A stretch of DNA of 63,853 bases, counting the filler, from Barthelona sp. PAP020 (taxonomy: Eukaryota), in NCBI GenBank assembly GCA_040182905.1. It is 27 parts of 27 records of this genome, joined end to end, with 100 filler letters (N's around TTAATTAATTAA, not from the genome) between each part and the next. Parts side by side here need not be neighbours in the genome. Positions count along the whole stretch, not along the records: positions 1 to 2,402 come from JARQWU010000837.1; positions 2,503 to 4,889 come from JARQWU010000838.1; positions 4,990 to 7,369 come from JARQWU010000839.1; positions 7,470 to 9,824 come from JARQWU010000840.1; positions 9,925 to 12,274 come from JARQWU010000841.1; 22 more parts are not named here. One strand, written 5' to 3'. Position 1 is the stretch's first letter. Every line of letters starts with the position of its first letter. This document shows, one piece after another, positions 1 through 10,997 of the stretch. Under the pieces are notes generated by a model. The model did not search any database. It was not told the origin of the DNA and worked only from the letters and a program-made list of their open reading frames with translations. The translations under genes were made by a program, and so were the position numbers.

Positions 1-135
1 GCCAAAATAGGCAGTGGCTGAAGGATTCTGCTGTTTTTCAGAAATTACATCTGAACATAATTTCAGATATCCCAACCTCTTTTGAGCAATAGAACTGGAA
101 TTTTTTTGAAGAACAACTTCTGAAAAGAAATCCAT
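1..135 (-). CDS. N-terminus of a possible RRP12-like ribosome biogenesis protein (partial, runs off the window)
   Basis: ATG at 135 opens MDFFSEVVLQKNSSSIAQKRLGYLKLCSDVISEKQQNPSATAYFG; the SATAYFG segment resembles the RRP12 N-terminal motif. Only 45 aa are visible. Confidence 0.4.
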   Translation of the reverse strand, partial: MDFFSEVVLQKNSSSIAQKRLGYLKLCSDVISEKQQNPSATAYFG

Positions 136-183
136 TACAAAACTGTTGAGAAAAAATCTTGTTGTAAATTTGTTTTTTATTCA

Positions 184-917
184 ATGTTAGAGAGTTCTAT
201 CATCACAAAATTTGAGAATTTTATTAATGATAATGATTTAAACAATGCTTCTCTGTTAATTTCTAAAATATTGGTTTCTTTAATGAAATCAAATATTCTG
301 TTTGATAATAATCCTGATGAAGGAATTTTAAGTAATGCTTGTCTCTTTTAATTGTTAATTATGGCTAATATTTAGGTAGATTTTTGGAAAATTTGTGCAA
401 ATATCATTTATTCATAGATTCTGGAAAATTTTCATTATATTTTAATCAATTGAACGCTTTATATGAAAAAACTAATTTTAACAATGTCAATTTGTCATTA
501 TTTGGATTAAAATTGTTGTATTTGCTATCGATTTCAGAATATCAACAATTTCAAAGTTTAGTATTATTTTTGCGACAAAAACAGTTAACCAATAATGAAA
601 CAGTCCAGTTGGCAATTAAAATGGAAAGAATGATTGAAGAAGGAAATTTATTTGAAGTTATTCAAATGTGTAAGAGCCATGATGTTTTGGAAAATAAATT
701 ATGTCAAGGAATTAAGGAAAGTTTAAAAGAATTAGTGAATGAATGTCTGACGTGCACTACTGGAGATCTCTCAAATTTTGCTGATTTGTGTAAACTAATT
801 TCTTCAAATGATAATGATGAAACTGTTATACAACAACAAGATAGCATTATCGTCGATACTTCTTTGATTTTGGAAAATTGTGTCAAATGGATCGAAGAAT
901 TTGATCGAATAGTGTAA
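184..917 (+). CDS. RPN12: 26S proteasome lid subunit Rpn12/PSMD8, one intron (donor 332 or 341, acceptor 375)
   Basis: LFGLKLLYLLS, KMERMIEEG and C-terminal EFDRIV* match Rpn12. Exon 1 from ATG184 splices in frame through ...GCTAATATTTAG using either GT donor. Confidence 0.8.
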
Positions 918-1451
918 AGTTTTGTTCAATAAAAATTATGTTTAAACATTTGTTTTTATATTTTTAATTGTGTGTAAATCGAAATTTTTTTTCAATTTCT
1001 TTGATTTTTCCCACGTTGAATAGTTCTAGCAGATTCATTTTGATCTCAAATATTTCTTAATTTTGAAAGATGAATCCAAACTTTTTATTTATCATTCATC
1101 ATAATCTTTATGGGTTGAAATGAACCACAAAACTTTAAACAACGAATGAAGGAATAAGTCAATTGATGAGTATAATTCACAAAAGAAATGTTTCTTTTGA
1201 ATCTTTCAGCAAATTGTTGGTTTTAACTTAATCTTGTTATAAAACAATTATGTATTTTTAAAGAGAGAATAAACCAAAAAAAAATATTGCTTCTTGACCA
1301 AGAAGCACTTTGCGGATGAAGTAACTGTTTATTTAATTGAAGGCTTTAAAGGCACTGATTGATTTAAATCTGAAATTTTTCAAAAGTGAAAGAGAATTTT
1401 TTAAAATTTGTTTTGCCTCATACAAAAACAAGGAAAAGAAACTTCTTTTAA

Positions 1452-1779
1452 CTGATTCCAAGCCAATAAGAGCTATGCGTATGGGTGAATAAAAGAGAAT
1501 GGTGTTTATTTGGTTAATGACTTTCGAGACCGGATTGATTTGTTAAAAACCTTTAGATTTTCTAAGGTAAAGTTTAAAATTTAAAATTTTGCTTTTGCAA
1601 AAATACAAAATAATAGGATTGAAGAATTTCTCCAAAATTCTCAAAAAAAAAATACTTGATGGAAAAAAAATCATTTCAGTTCCTCAATTCCACCTGGGGT
1701 TTTACTGAAATTTGCCATAATGAGTTTTCTGAGTTTACTCTCTTTCTAAATAAATGTAGTTGTTTAACAACTGAACCAA
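1452..1779 (+). repeat. Dispersed repeat family A (~320 bp), near-full copy; degenerate copy just upstream (~1295-1450)
   Basis: Aligns by eye with 6340-6658, 18722-19033 and the reverse complement of 37004-37321. Confidence 0.85.
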
Positions 1780-1780
1780 A

Positions 1781-1901
1781 CTTTACCTTTGAAAATTTAA
1801 AAGTTTTCAACAGATTAATCGGGCCTCGAAACCCTTCAACCAAACAGACATTATTCTTTTTTATTCACTCATACGCACAGTGCTTCTTAGCTTGGAAATA
1901 A
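1781..1901 (-). repeat. Repeat family A, partial inverted copy
   Basis: ...ATACGCACAGTGCTTCTTAGCTTGGAAATAA is the reverse complement of the family A left end. Confidence 0.85.
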
Positions 1902-2103
1902 TGTGGAAGTTCATGCTCAATGAACGGAATTTATTGGAGATATAAAGAGGTCATCAAATATCACTTCCTTTATTTGTTGTTTCTTGAACACCTTTAGGTC
2001 CCATTTTTTAAGTTACTTGGACCTCTGAATCCACTTGAGTTTTTCCTAAACCTTAAGCTAACTCGTTTCGTTGTTCACTGAACAACTCATACCGCATAAA
2101 TAT
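1901..2103 (+). repeat. Dispersed repeat family B (~200 bp)
   Basis: Very similar to 62226-62429 and 20330-20503 (AAGTTCATGCTCAATGAACGGAATTTATTGGAG...CCTTAAGCTAACTCGTTTCGTTGTTCACTGAACAAC). Confidence 0.9.
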
Positions 2104-2402
2104 TTGGTCCAGTTGTGAAACAACTATATTTATTTACAAAGAAAGTAAACTCAGAAAACTCATTTTGCCAAATTTCAGTCAAAATCCCAGGAGGGGAATT
2201 CAGGGACTGAAATGTAATTGGAACGATTAAGTAGGAGAATTTCACAGAAATTCTTCATTCCCATTCTTTGGTATTTTTGCAAAAGCAAAATTTTAAAGTT
2301 ATAACTTTGCCTTAGAAAATCTAAAGTTTTTCAACAGATCAATCGGGCCTCGAAAGCCTTTAACCAAATAAACACTATTCTTTTTTATTCACTCATACAC
2401 AC
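2104..2402 (-). repeat. Repeat family A, copy truncated by the contig end
   Basis: Begins TTGGTCCAGTTGTGAAACAAC, as at 29051 and 37004. Confidence 0.9.
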
Positions 2403-2502
2403 NNNNNNNNNNNNNNNNNNNNNNNNNNNNNNNNNNNNNNNNNNNNTTAATTAATTAANNNNNNNNNNNNNNNNNNNNNNNNNNNNNNNNNNNNNNNNNN
2501 NN
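2403..2502. other. Artificial contig linker N44-TTAATTAATTAA-N44 (first of 26)
   Basis: The same 100-nt block starts at 2403, 4890, 7370, 9825, 12275, 14715, 17154, 19586, 22006, 24415, 26795, 29174, 31552, 33927, 36298, 38661, 41012, 43344, 45672, 47990, 50292, 52594, 54878, 57136, 59386 and 61624. It puts stops in all six frames, and contig lengths decrease along the window. Confidence 0.98.
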
Positions 2503-3690
2503 CACATCAGCACCATACTTTAATAAGAGATGAATGATATCAAAATGGCAACTGTGGCAACTAACACATAATGGAGAAAACTTATTGTCAGCACTTATAT
2601 TGACATCGGCACCACGATCCAACATTTTTTCAGTAATGTCAAGACATCCGTGGTTACAACTACAATATAATGGAGAATATCCTTTAAAACATATGTTAAC
2701 ATCAACATCAAAATCTAAAAGCAACTTTGTAATGTCTAAATGCTTTTTTACAATGCTAGCATACAAGGGAGTAGCTCCTTCGTTGGTACGTACGTTAACA
2801 TCAGCACCTTGAATCAAAAGATATTTGACAATTTCAAAATGATCCATTTGGCAAGCAGTATACAAGGGAGAAGCACCATTACTGTTGCACAAATTGACAT
2901 TAGCACCCATTTCTAAAAGATATTTGACAATTTCAAAATGATCCATTTGGCAAGCAGTATACAAGGGAGAAGCAGCATTACTGTTGCACGAATTAACATC
3001 AGCACCCATTTCTAAAAGATATTTAACAATTTCAAAATGACCCAATTGGCAGGCAATAAACAATGAAGAAGTACCACTACTACTGCACGAATTGACATTA
3101 GCACCCATTTCTAGAAGGGTTTTGACAAAATCAAGATTGTTTTCTTGACAACAAAGGTATAGCAGAGAGGTTCCCAAATTGATGTTAACATCATAATTGT
3201 TCAATAAAAAGGTTGCCATATCAAAAAATCTCTCTTTAACACAGCAATAAAGTGGAGATCTACCCGAGAACTCGCATAAATTCACATTTGCACCATATTT
3301 TAAAAGCAGTTTTGCTGTATCAAAATGACCATTCTGACAACTAACATATAGTGCTGAATAACCATTATCATTGCATAAATCAATATTAGCACCAAAATCC
3401 AATAAAAACTCTACAATCTTAATATGTCCTTTAAAAGCACTGATCCAAAGAGATGACCTTCCTCCTCTTTCACATTTATTAACATCAACACCTGCTTTAA
3501 CGCACTGTTGAACAACTTCAAAATTCCCATCAGCAGCAGCTCGATATATTTTCTTTGGTTCACCGTTTGCTTCATATCCATCCACATCAAAATCATCAGG
3601 AATAACAATTTGGTCCATATTATACTTTAAATATGGGTCAATATGATCAACATCAACATCATTCACAACAGTACTTTTTTGAGTTACCAT
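2503..3690 (-). CDS. Ankyrin repeat protein (3' truncated)
   Basis: About 11 repeats of G-x-S/T-P-L-x-x-A-C-x-x-G/D-H-x-E-I-V-K-x-L-L-x-x-G-A-D/N-V-N. Confidence 0.92.
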
Positions 3691-4636
3691 GTTCTTTTTT
3701 AGCCAACGAGTAATTAACTTCGAAGATCAAAGCTTTGTTTGGAGTTATTTTCAAAAAGAAAAATTTGTTAAATCAGTTTTCTTGAAAAATCATATTAAGT
3801 GAAACAAATCAAAATCAATAAAAGCAATGTGTTATCCATTGAATTGAAAAATCAAATAAAATAATTTATATTAACAAAAGTGAAGGGGATCAGGTTGGTG
3901 GTGTTGAAAGATGCAAATAAAATGATTGAAAAATTAGAGCAAACATATAATTAAATGACCATTGTTTTTTCTTGAGTTTATGCATGTGGAGTCAAATAAT
4001 GAATTAATGAAGAAAACCATTTTTTCCATCCTTTCTTTTAAAATTAATGAAATCAATGTCAAACAAATTGAAGGAATGTCTTCTGATTGTGTATTTGATA
4101 ATTCAATGGATGGTAAAAAGGTAATGGTTAATGATGTGAGCAAGCAATGTATTTAACATTAATACAAAAAAACTAAGTCACACTTTCCCTTTTTAATCCC
4201 TGTCGTTTGGTTGTTACGTTTGATGATGGTTATTTAACGTTATACAGAATGGAAAATTTTCAGCAGATTCAAAGGATTTGCTATGGATGTGATGGATCCA
4301 ATATTTTTCCTTTGTAATATCTCCCAATATGAGATGGTTAGCATGTGGAAAATGTCCCAATAAAATAATAAGGATGTTTTCAACAGTTTCTCAATGTGAC
4401 TCTTCCCATCATTCCAAAATAATTGAATTATCAAATGATTGTGGTCACCTGTTGTGCAATTTTCTAGTAATGTAAATCGATACTCAGTATGCGCCTAAAT
4501 AGAGAGGAGTTTGACATGAAAGTTAATCTTTGGGATTTAATTGACTTTGATGAGGATAATGGTGGTAATATGTACAGTTTTGTGGGTATACAAATCAATA
4601 GAAACAATGATGATGATTGTAGTGTGTTAATGTTAA

Positions 4637-4728
4637 AAAGTATTTTTTTCTTTTTAAGAGTGTTCTGAAGCATACACTCAAAACAACTCAGTTGCAAACA
4701 CCCCCAAACTAACCGAAAACTGTAAAGT
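4637..4728 (-). repeat. Repeat family C (elsewhere found downstream of tRNA genes)
   Basis: Reverse complement GGTTAGTTTGGGGGTGTTTGCAACTGAGTTGTTTTGAGTGTATGCTTCAGAACACTCTTAAAAAG matches 19408-19490. Confidence 0.75.
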
Positions 4729-5494
4729 TCTTTTTGTGAAGCGCAGCGGGCATTTCACAAGGAGGGAAAAAGAAAAGCGTGAAGAAATGTGCCAGAATTT
4801 GAATCAAGCAAAATTTCTCGTATTTCAGAATTTATCAAATAATAAAACAACTAGTTGAGCTTAAGACAAATAAGAATCTAATGTTACTGNNNNNNNNNNN
4901 NNNNNNNNNNNNNNNNNNNNNNNNNNNNNNNNNTTAATTAATTAANNNNNNNNNNNNNNNNNNNNNNNNNNNNNNNNNNNNNNNNNNNNAAAAAATATCA
5001 AACATTTAATATAATCAATAAAAAACAAGGTTTGGCAATAAATATATGTTATGATGATACTATTATATTAAAAACTTCAAATCTTATGAACATACATTTT
5101 AAAAATGCATATTATAGTCTTATTGAATTCATAAATCTTTAAAAACAATTTTTTCTTCGGGTTTGTTTTTTGTCATGAATAATGATGTAATTTATTGATT
5201 TTATGACTCGAATTTTAAAGTTTCATACAAATTTTTTAAAAAATACCCCCCACAAAAGAGAATTTTTCATTTACCATTTTTTGCAAGAATCCAGGTTATG
5301 CTTTTGATATTTTTATTATAATTAGTTGAAAAACAAGAGAATAGAAGAGATACAACAAATAAATACTGTTTATTTAAAAAAAATAGGACTGTTGGAAGAT
5401 CTTGAAAAAAGAAAGCTCAACATTCTTTCAAGAAATGAGTGATGTATATCCATAGATCTTCTTGTATTTTCTTTTGTATTTATATTTGTTAAAT

Positions 5495-6238
5495 ATGGTT
5501 TCAGAAAAAGAAACAAACCAAAATTTTGAACCAAATGTCCAAAATTTTATGTGTGACCTATTTATAGACAACACAGCAAAACAAATAAGTCAATCAATAC
5601 AAGAAGCAATATCTAATGGTAAAACTGTTTTACTTGGGTTGTCTGGTGGTAGTTGTGGACAAATTTACAGTAAATTCATTCAACTTCTTGCAACTAATGA
5701 ATGGAAAAAAATTATTGTTTATTTGGTTGATGAAAAATTTGTTCCTGAAAATCATTATGACTCAAATGTAAAAATGGTCAAAGAAACTCTTATAAACTTC
5801 ATTCAACCTCTTGATTTCTTGTATCCTTTAATAGTTCATGGTAAAAGTATTGCTCAAACATGTAAAGAATATGAGAAACAAATAAAGAACGTGATGGATC
5901 AATATCAGCATAAGGATGATCAGCTATTCGTTGTAAATATCCTTGGTATGGGGTTTGATTATCATATTGCCTCTATATTCCCACCTTTAGATTTTAAATG
6001 GGTTGCAAATCAAAAAAATGATGATTCCTTTTTTATCTCCACCTATACCAATAAATTTATTGTTGCAAGAAGAATTTCTTCTTCATTGGCGTTTTTAAAT
6101 ATCGCAAATCACTCTTTCTTGATTTTGAATTCAAAAAAAAAGAGAGAGTGTTTTGATTCAATGATGCAACAATACAATCCTTATGAGTATCCTATTATGA
6201 ATTTGGAAAGTCCTTTAACTGTATGTTTGTCTGTTTAA
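5495..6238 (+). CDS. 6-phosphogluconolactonase (glucosamine-6-P isomerase/6PGL fold)
   Basis: LGLSGGS, YLVDEKFVP...DSN and ILGMGFDYHIASIFP motifs; first ATG at 5495. Confidence 0.85.
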   Translation: MVSEKETNQNFEPNVQNFMCDLFIDNTAKQISQSIQEAISNGKTVLLGLSGGSCGQIYSKFIQLLATNEWKKIIVYLVDEKFVPENHYDSNVKMVKETLINFIQPLDFLYPLIVHGKSIAQTCKEYEKQIKNVMDQYQHKDDQLFVVNILGMGFDYHIASIFPPLDFKWVANQKNDDSFFISTYTNKFIVARRISSSLAFLNIANHSFLILNSKKKRECFDSMMQQYNPYEYPIMNLESPLTVCLSV

Positions 6239-6339
6239 AAATTAGAACTTTTTGTAAATAGCTTTGTGGAATATTTTTCTTTTTAAATTTTTCAATTTTT
6301 CAATTGAAAGATGATATTTTAATGAATGATAATTGGGAA

Positions 6340-6658
6340 TTATTTCCAAGCCAAGAAGCACTGTACGTATGAGTAAACAAAAAAGAATAGTGCTCATTTG
6401 TTTAATGGCTTTCGAGGCCCGATTGATATGTTGAAAAACTTTAGATTTTCAAAGGTAAAGTTCAAACTTTAAAATTTTGCTTTTGCAAATACAAAAAAGT
6501 ATATGAATGAAGAGTTTCTCCAAAATTTTCATACTTGATCGTTCCCCAAACATTTCAGTCCCTCAATTCCCCTCCTGGAATTTTGATTGATATTTACTGG
6601 AATGAGTTTTCTGAGTTTTACTTTGTAAATAAATGTAGTGGTTTCACATCTGGACCAA
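6340..6658 (+). repeat. Repeat family A, full copy (319 bp)
   Basis: TTATTTCCAAGCCAAGAAGCACTG...GTTTCACATCTGGACCAA. Confidence 0.9.
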
Positions 6659-6970
6659 GATTTGATATTAATTGGAGGAAGTTTTCTTTTTTTGAGCGTT
6701 GATATTGGTCCTTTATTCAATCAGAATAAAGTAAAGATTCATAAAGTCACTTTTGAAGTATTTTTATTCTTTTTTGAATGTTTCAAAAGTTAAAATTGTT
6801 CATCATATTTTCTCTTTATCACATAAATTTGTTCAAGTTTGATTTGAATGGTTCAAACAAATGTTTTATGTGAGAGGCATATCACCGTTTTCTTCTTTAA
6901 ACCACGTATAAGGATAAATATCTCCTTAATGATTTTAATTCAAATTTTTATAATATTTTGCTAATGATAT

Positions 6971-7044
6971 GACCGTGTGGCCTAATTGGACAGGGCATCT
7001 GACTACGGATCAGAAGGTTAGGGGTTCGAGTCCTCTCACGGTCG
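6971..7044 (+). tRNA. tRNA-Arg(ACG)
   Basis: Acceptor GACCGTG/CACGGTC; anticodon arm TCTGA-CT ACG GA-TCAGA; T loop TTCGAGT; no encoded CCA; T5 run follows. Confidence 0.95.
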
Positions 7045-7071
7045 AATTTTTCAATTTTCAAATTCAGGTAC

Positions 7072-7083
7072 AGGATCGAGTCT
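7072..7083 (+). promoter_or_regulatory. B-box-like motif AGGATCGAGTCT, 27 nt downstream of tRNA-Arg
   Basis: The same 12-mer occurs at nearly the same distance after all four tRNA genes. Confidence 0.7.
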
Positions 7084-7469
7084 CCAAACTTCAACAATAT
7101 TTCAACAATAAATTCTGAACAGTTTATATCCAACTCTTAGGTGTGGGGGGTTGTGGTTGAGATGTTAGCAGCGTGATCTTTCTTTCCCGTTGCTTCACGT
7201 CTCTTCATCTCAACCCCACTCTTTGGAATTAAACTGCAGGATGCATAATGTTCAGCCATTTCTGTTGATTTCACGTTAGGTACAAGAAAAGGTATACGAA
7301 AGCTTTTATATACGGTGTGTTATTGAAATGAGTAGTTGGGAAAGCCTTGAATTTGAATCCTGGCTGTTTNNNNNNNNNNNNNNNNNNNNNNNNNNNNNNN
7401 NNNNNNNNNNNNNTTAATTAATTAANNNNNNNNNNNNNNNNNNNNNNNNNNNNNNNNNNNNNNNNNNNN

Positions 7470-9824
7470 AGACCTAAACAAGATCATGAAAGCACATATA
7501 TGTTATCTAATTCAAAACCTTTTCCTCAACAGGAATTGATATTTACAAAATTACCGAAAAAATCAAAAATTTATGCCAATAAGAATCCCATGTTTTCAAT
7601 TGTGAGTAAATCTTTGCTGTTACAAAATCAAAAAGCTTCTTTTAAGCCTCTAACTAGTGTTGATGGTACCAAAATTGATTTGAATCTGCTATTTAATGAG
7701 AGTATCAACATTAATCAATTACTGATGTGTTTGAAGAAGGGATGTAAAAAAGAACCCATTTGTTGGGGCAAAGACACTAACTGGTTTGTACGTTTGGATG
7801 TCAATGATGCTAATTCGATACTTTCTGCCTTTCACAGAATGGGACGAATTAATTTTGGGAAATTGCTGATTACTGACGTTAAGCATATGAGAACAGCTGT
7901 TTCTGACGATGAAATTATGATTTTTCCACTTGTAAATCTATTTCCCAAGCGATTTGCTGAACATATAAAGCAAGTTATGGAAAAAAGGGCAATGAGTCAA
8001 GCATTCTTCCAAAATTCAATTCCATCTCGAATGAAAGCCCCTTCACAGGCAGTTATTAAGGTTAGAAATGCAATGGCTAAGAAGTTAGAAGAAGCTTTGA
8101 ATGATTATGTTAAACAACGGTTTCAAGTGAAGGTAAGAGAACTTATGAAAGCTGAAGAAGAACGCAAAATAGAAGCAGCTGAAGAAGAGGAATCTCAACC
8201 ACATTTCACCGTTAGAAGCTCAATTGAAGAGAATCTCAATATATTACACAACTTTCCTTTGCATATGGCGGTTCAACCACGGCCTCAACCATTGTTTAAT
8301 TCAGTCATAGATGAAGACGAATACGAAGAAGAAGATGATGAAGAAGCAGAAGAGGAAGAAGAAGAGGCAGAAGAAGAAGAACAAGAAATTACAAAGCCAA
8401 AGCCTATTAATGGACTTTTGAGTTTAACTGATTGTGTGGATGAGTCTGTTTTGGATGAATTATGGGGGAATGACAGTTCTATTGAGGAATCAGATGAAGA
8501 CTTGGAATGGGACGGCGGAATGTACAATTTGAAGAGAGAATTAGTGAAGCATCGTGTTCGATTGTTTTCAGAATTGGTGAATGGGACCGCAAATCAAACT
8601 ACAGTTCCATATGATGAATCGTCAACAGAGCCTCCACTGCAACAGTTGCCTCCTTTCCAACACACTTGGATTCCACCAGCATTTCCTGATCATCTGAATG
8701 AGATGGAGTTAAAACTTGCGCAAGAGATATTAGACAAGTACCAACCTGCCTCTGTGCATGAAGTTATTTCGGTTCAAAGAAAACTGACACATGCTTCAGT
8801 CTCCACCAAAAACATTAAACCTGTTGGAGGTCCAACAACTCCAACTCGACCCAAACGACGTGCAGCCAGAACAAGAAGAAGAAAAGATAACGTGTATGAT
8901 ATCGAACGTCTTTCAGCTCATTTTGTTGAATCTGACAAGACAGATTGTATTTCGTTGCTTGATGTTATCAAACATTACAACGTACCTTTATCTACCATAC
9001 CAATAGGGTTGTTTCAGTTCAAACCTGGTGAGGCTACTTTCACTGATGAATCCGTTGTTGAAAAGGATGTAATTAGCTCTATTGGTGATATCACTGTGCA
9101 TGGAGAGGTTCCAAATCGTGATTTGGATGAAGGTGAAGTATTTGATGGTGAATTGCCAACTGGAGAAGTAGGAAAATTCATGTTAGTTGATGAAGAAACT
9201 GATTTAGATATGGGAGGTTTAGGTATTGATATGTTATCGTTACCTTCCATAAAGACCATCAAACACACTCCTTTAACAGAAGCGCAACTTTTGGGACAAG
9301 ATGGTCATTGCCATTCTCACACACTCTATCATCGTGCAGCATTGCAAGTGTTGCCTGGTAAAAATAGGCAAAGGCAACGCATTTCAATTGAACAATCACG
9401 CACTAAAGAATTCAAATCTGCTCAAAAAGTGCGTTTGGATAGGTCATTTATTCATGGTTGGGGTCTTTTTGCTTCAGAAAACATAGCTAAGGATGAACTC
9501 ATCATGGAATATGTGGGAGAGACGATAAGATTACAGATGGCCAATGTTCGTGAAACTCGTTATGAAAAGGAAGGATGTGCTGACGTTTATCTTTTCCACG
9601 TTAATCAACAGACTGTCATTGATGCAACAAGAATGGGTAGTGTCGCTCGTTTTATCAATCATAGTTGTGACCCAAATTGCTCAGCCAAGGTTATTGGTGA
9701 TACAAACCAGAAACGTATTGTTATCTTCTCCAAGCGTAATATTGAGTGTGGTGAAGAGCTAACATATGATTATAAGTTCAGGACAGAGCACATAAAGGAT
9801 GCAATTCCTTGTTTTTGTGGCGCA
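7470..9824 (+). CDS. SET1: SET1/KMT2-like histone H3K4 methyltransferase (3' truncated, 5' probably open)
   Basis: SET domain IHGWGLFA, MEYVGE, IDAT, ARFINHSCDPNC, GEELTYDYKF, followed by post-SET IPCFCGA. Confidence 0.85.
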
Positions 9825-10291
9825 NNNNNNNNNNNNNNNNNNNNNNNNNNNNNNNNNNNNNNNNNNNNTTAATTAATTAANNNNNNNNNNNNNNNNNNNN
9901 NNNNNNNNNNNNNNNNNNNNNNNNTATCCATGAACCAAATGATTATGATTGGAAGAAAGTTGATGTAGACACTAACATACTAATTGACACAATTGTTGAG
10001 AACATTGAACCAGATGAAGAAGCAAATGAGGATGATGAAACAAATGATTACAAAGAAGATACTGAAGATCAAGATAATGATGAAATGGAAAATGAAGACA
10101 ATGAAGAGGAAAAGGTTGAATCATAATCAATCAGCATAATATCTTCTGTTTTAACATATTGGAATTATAAATAATACACAACAGATAAACATTTTTACAC
10201 AAATAATTTTATTGTTTCCAAAAAAAATAACAACATGAATTTATCATCACTTATACCGTTAAATCAAAAAAGAAAATGTCACAAACTAAAT

Positions 10292-10681
10292 TCAGTGAGC
10301 AGTTTTTTGAGCGGCCTTAAGTTCACCGGCGATAAAAGCACGCAAAACACGTTCTCTAACACAAGCATGGCAAAGATTTCCACCATAAGCACGAGTAACG
10401 GTTCTTTTGGAGCGTTTAATACGTTGCATAGCGACAGGTCTGGCACGACTAATTCCAGATAAGTTACGGTTACAATGACCACAAACCTTAGGAGAGGCCT
10501 TCTTTTCGATATGTTGAACAACAAAACGACCACCAGGAGTCTTAACACTAAAAAATTAGCATATAATCAATACAACAAGGAAAATAATGAATACGACTTC
10601 AAAATCACCAAATAAATACATTCTAGTTTTGTTGGAAGGCGTGTTGTATGCGGTACGACGACGATAAGTGACGCGAGACAT
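10292..10681 (-). CDS. RPL34: 60S ribosomal protein L34 (eL34), intron 10548-10619 (72 nt)
   Basis: Spliced 105-aa product MSRVTYRRRTAYNTPSNKTRIVKTPGG...RAYGGNLCHACVRERVLRAF; intron GTATTT...GCTAATTTTTTAG. Missed by the ORF track. Confidence 0.95.
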
Positions 10682-10997
10682 GCTGAGAAATAATAAAGCG
10701 ATGAAAAAACTTTTCAATTTTTCTGATCTTTTTTTCTTTTTCCACTTTTTTTTTCAATTTTATTCAACTTCAGACCAATCAAAAAAGCTGTCAATTTATC
10801 TGTATCATGGGAATATTCATTTTTTGAAAATTTCTGAATTTTAAATTTGCAAATTTCAATTTTTTTTCTATATAATAAATGTGTAGTTATTTTGGGTAAA
10901 TGTGAGTCATTTGCTTTCAAAAATTTATGAATCTTGATTGACCACACATTTACTTCTTTTTTCATTTTACCAATCATACAAGTTTTTTCGATTCTCA

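Noticed and set aside
3870..4620. Fragmented ORFs upstream of the ankyrin gene
   Set aside because: Probably a decayed gene, but no family could be supported.
10548..10619. snoRNA inside the RPL34 intron
   Set aside because: No convincing C (RTGATGA) and D (CTGA) boxes or H/ACA structure.
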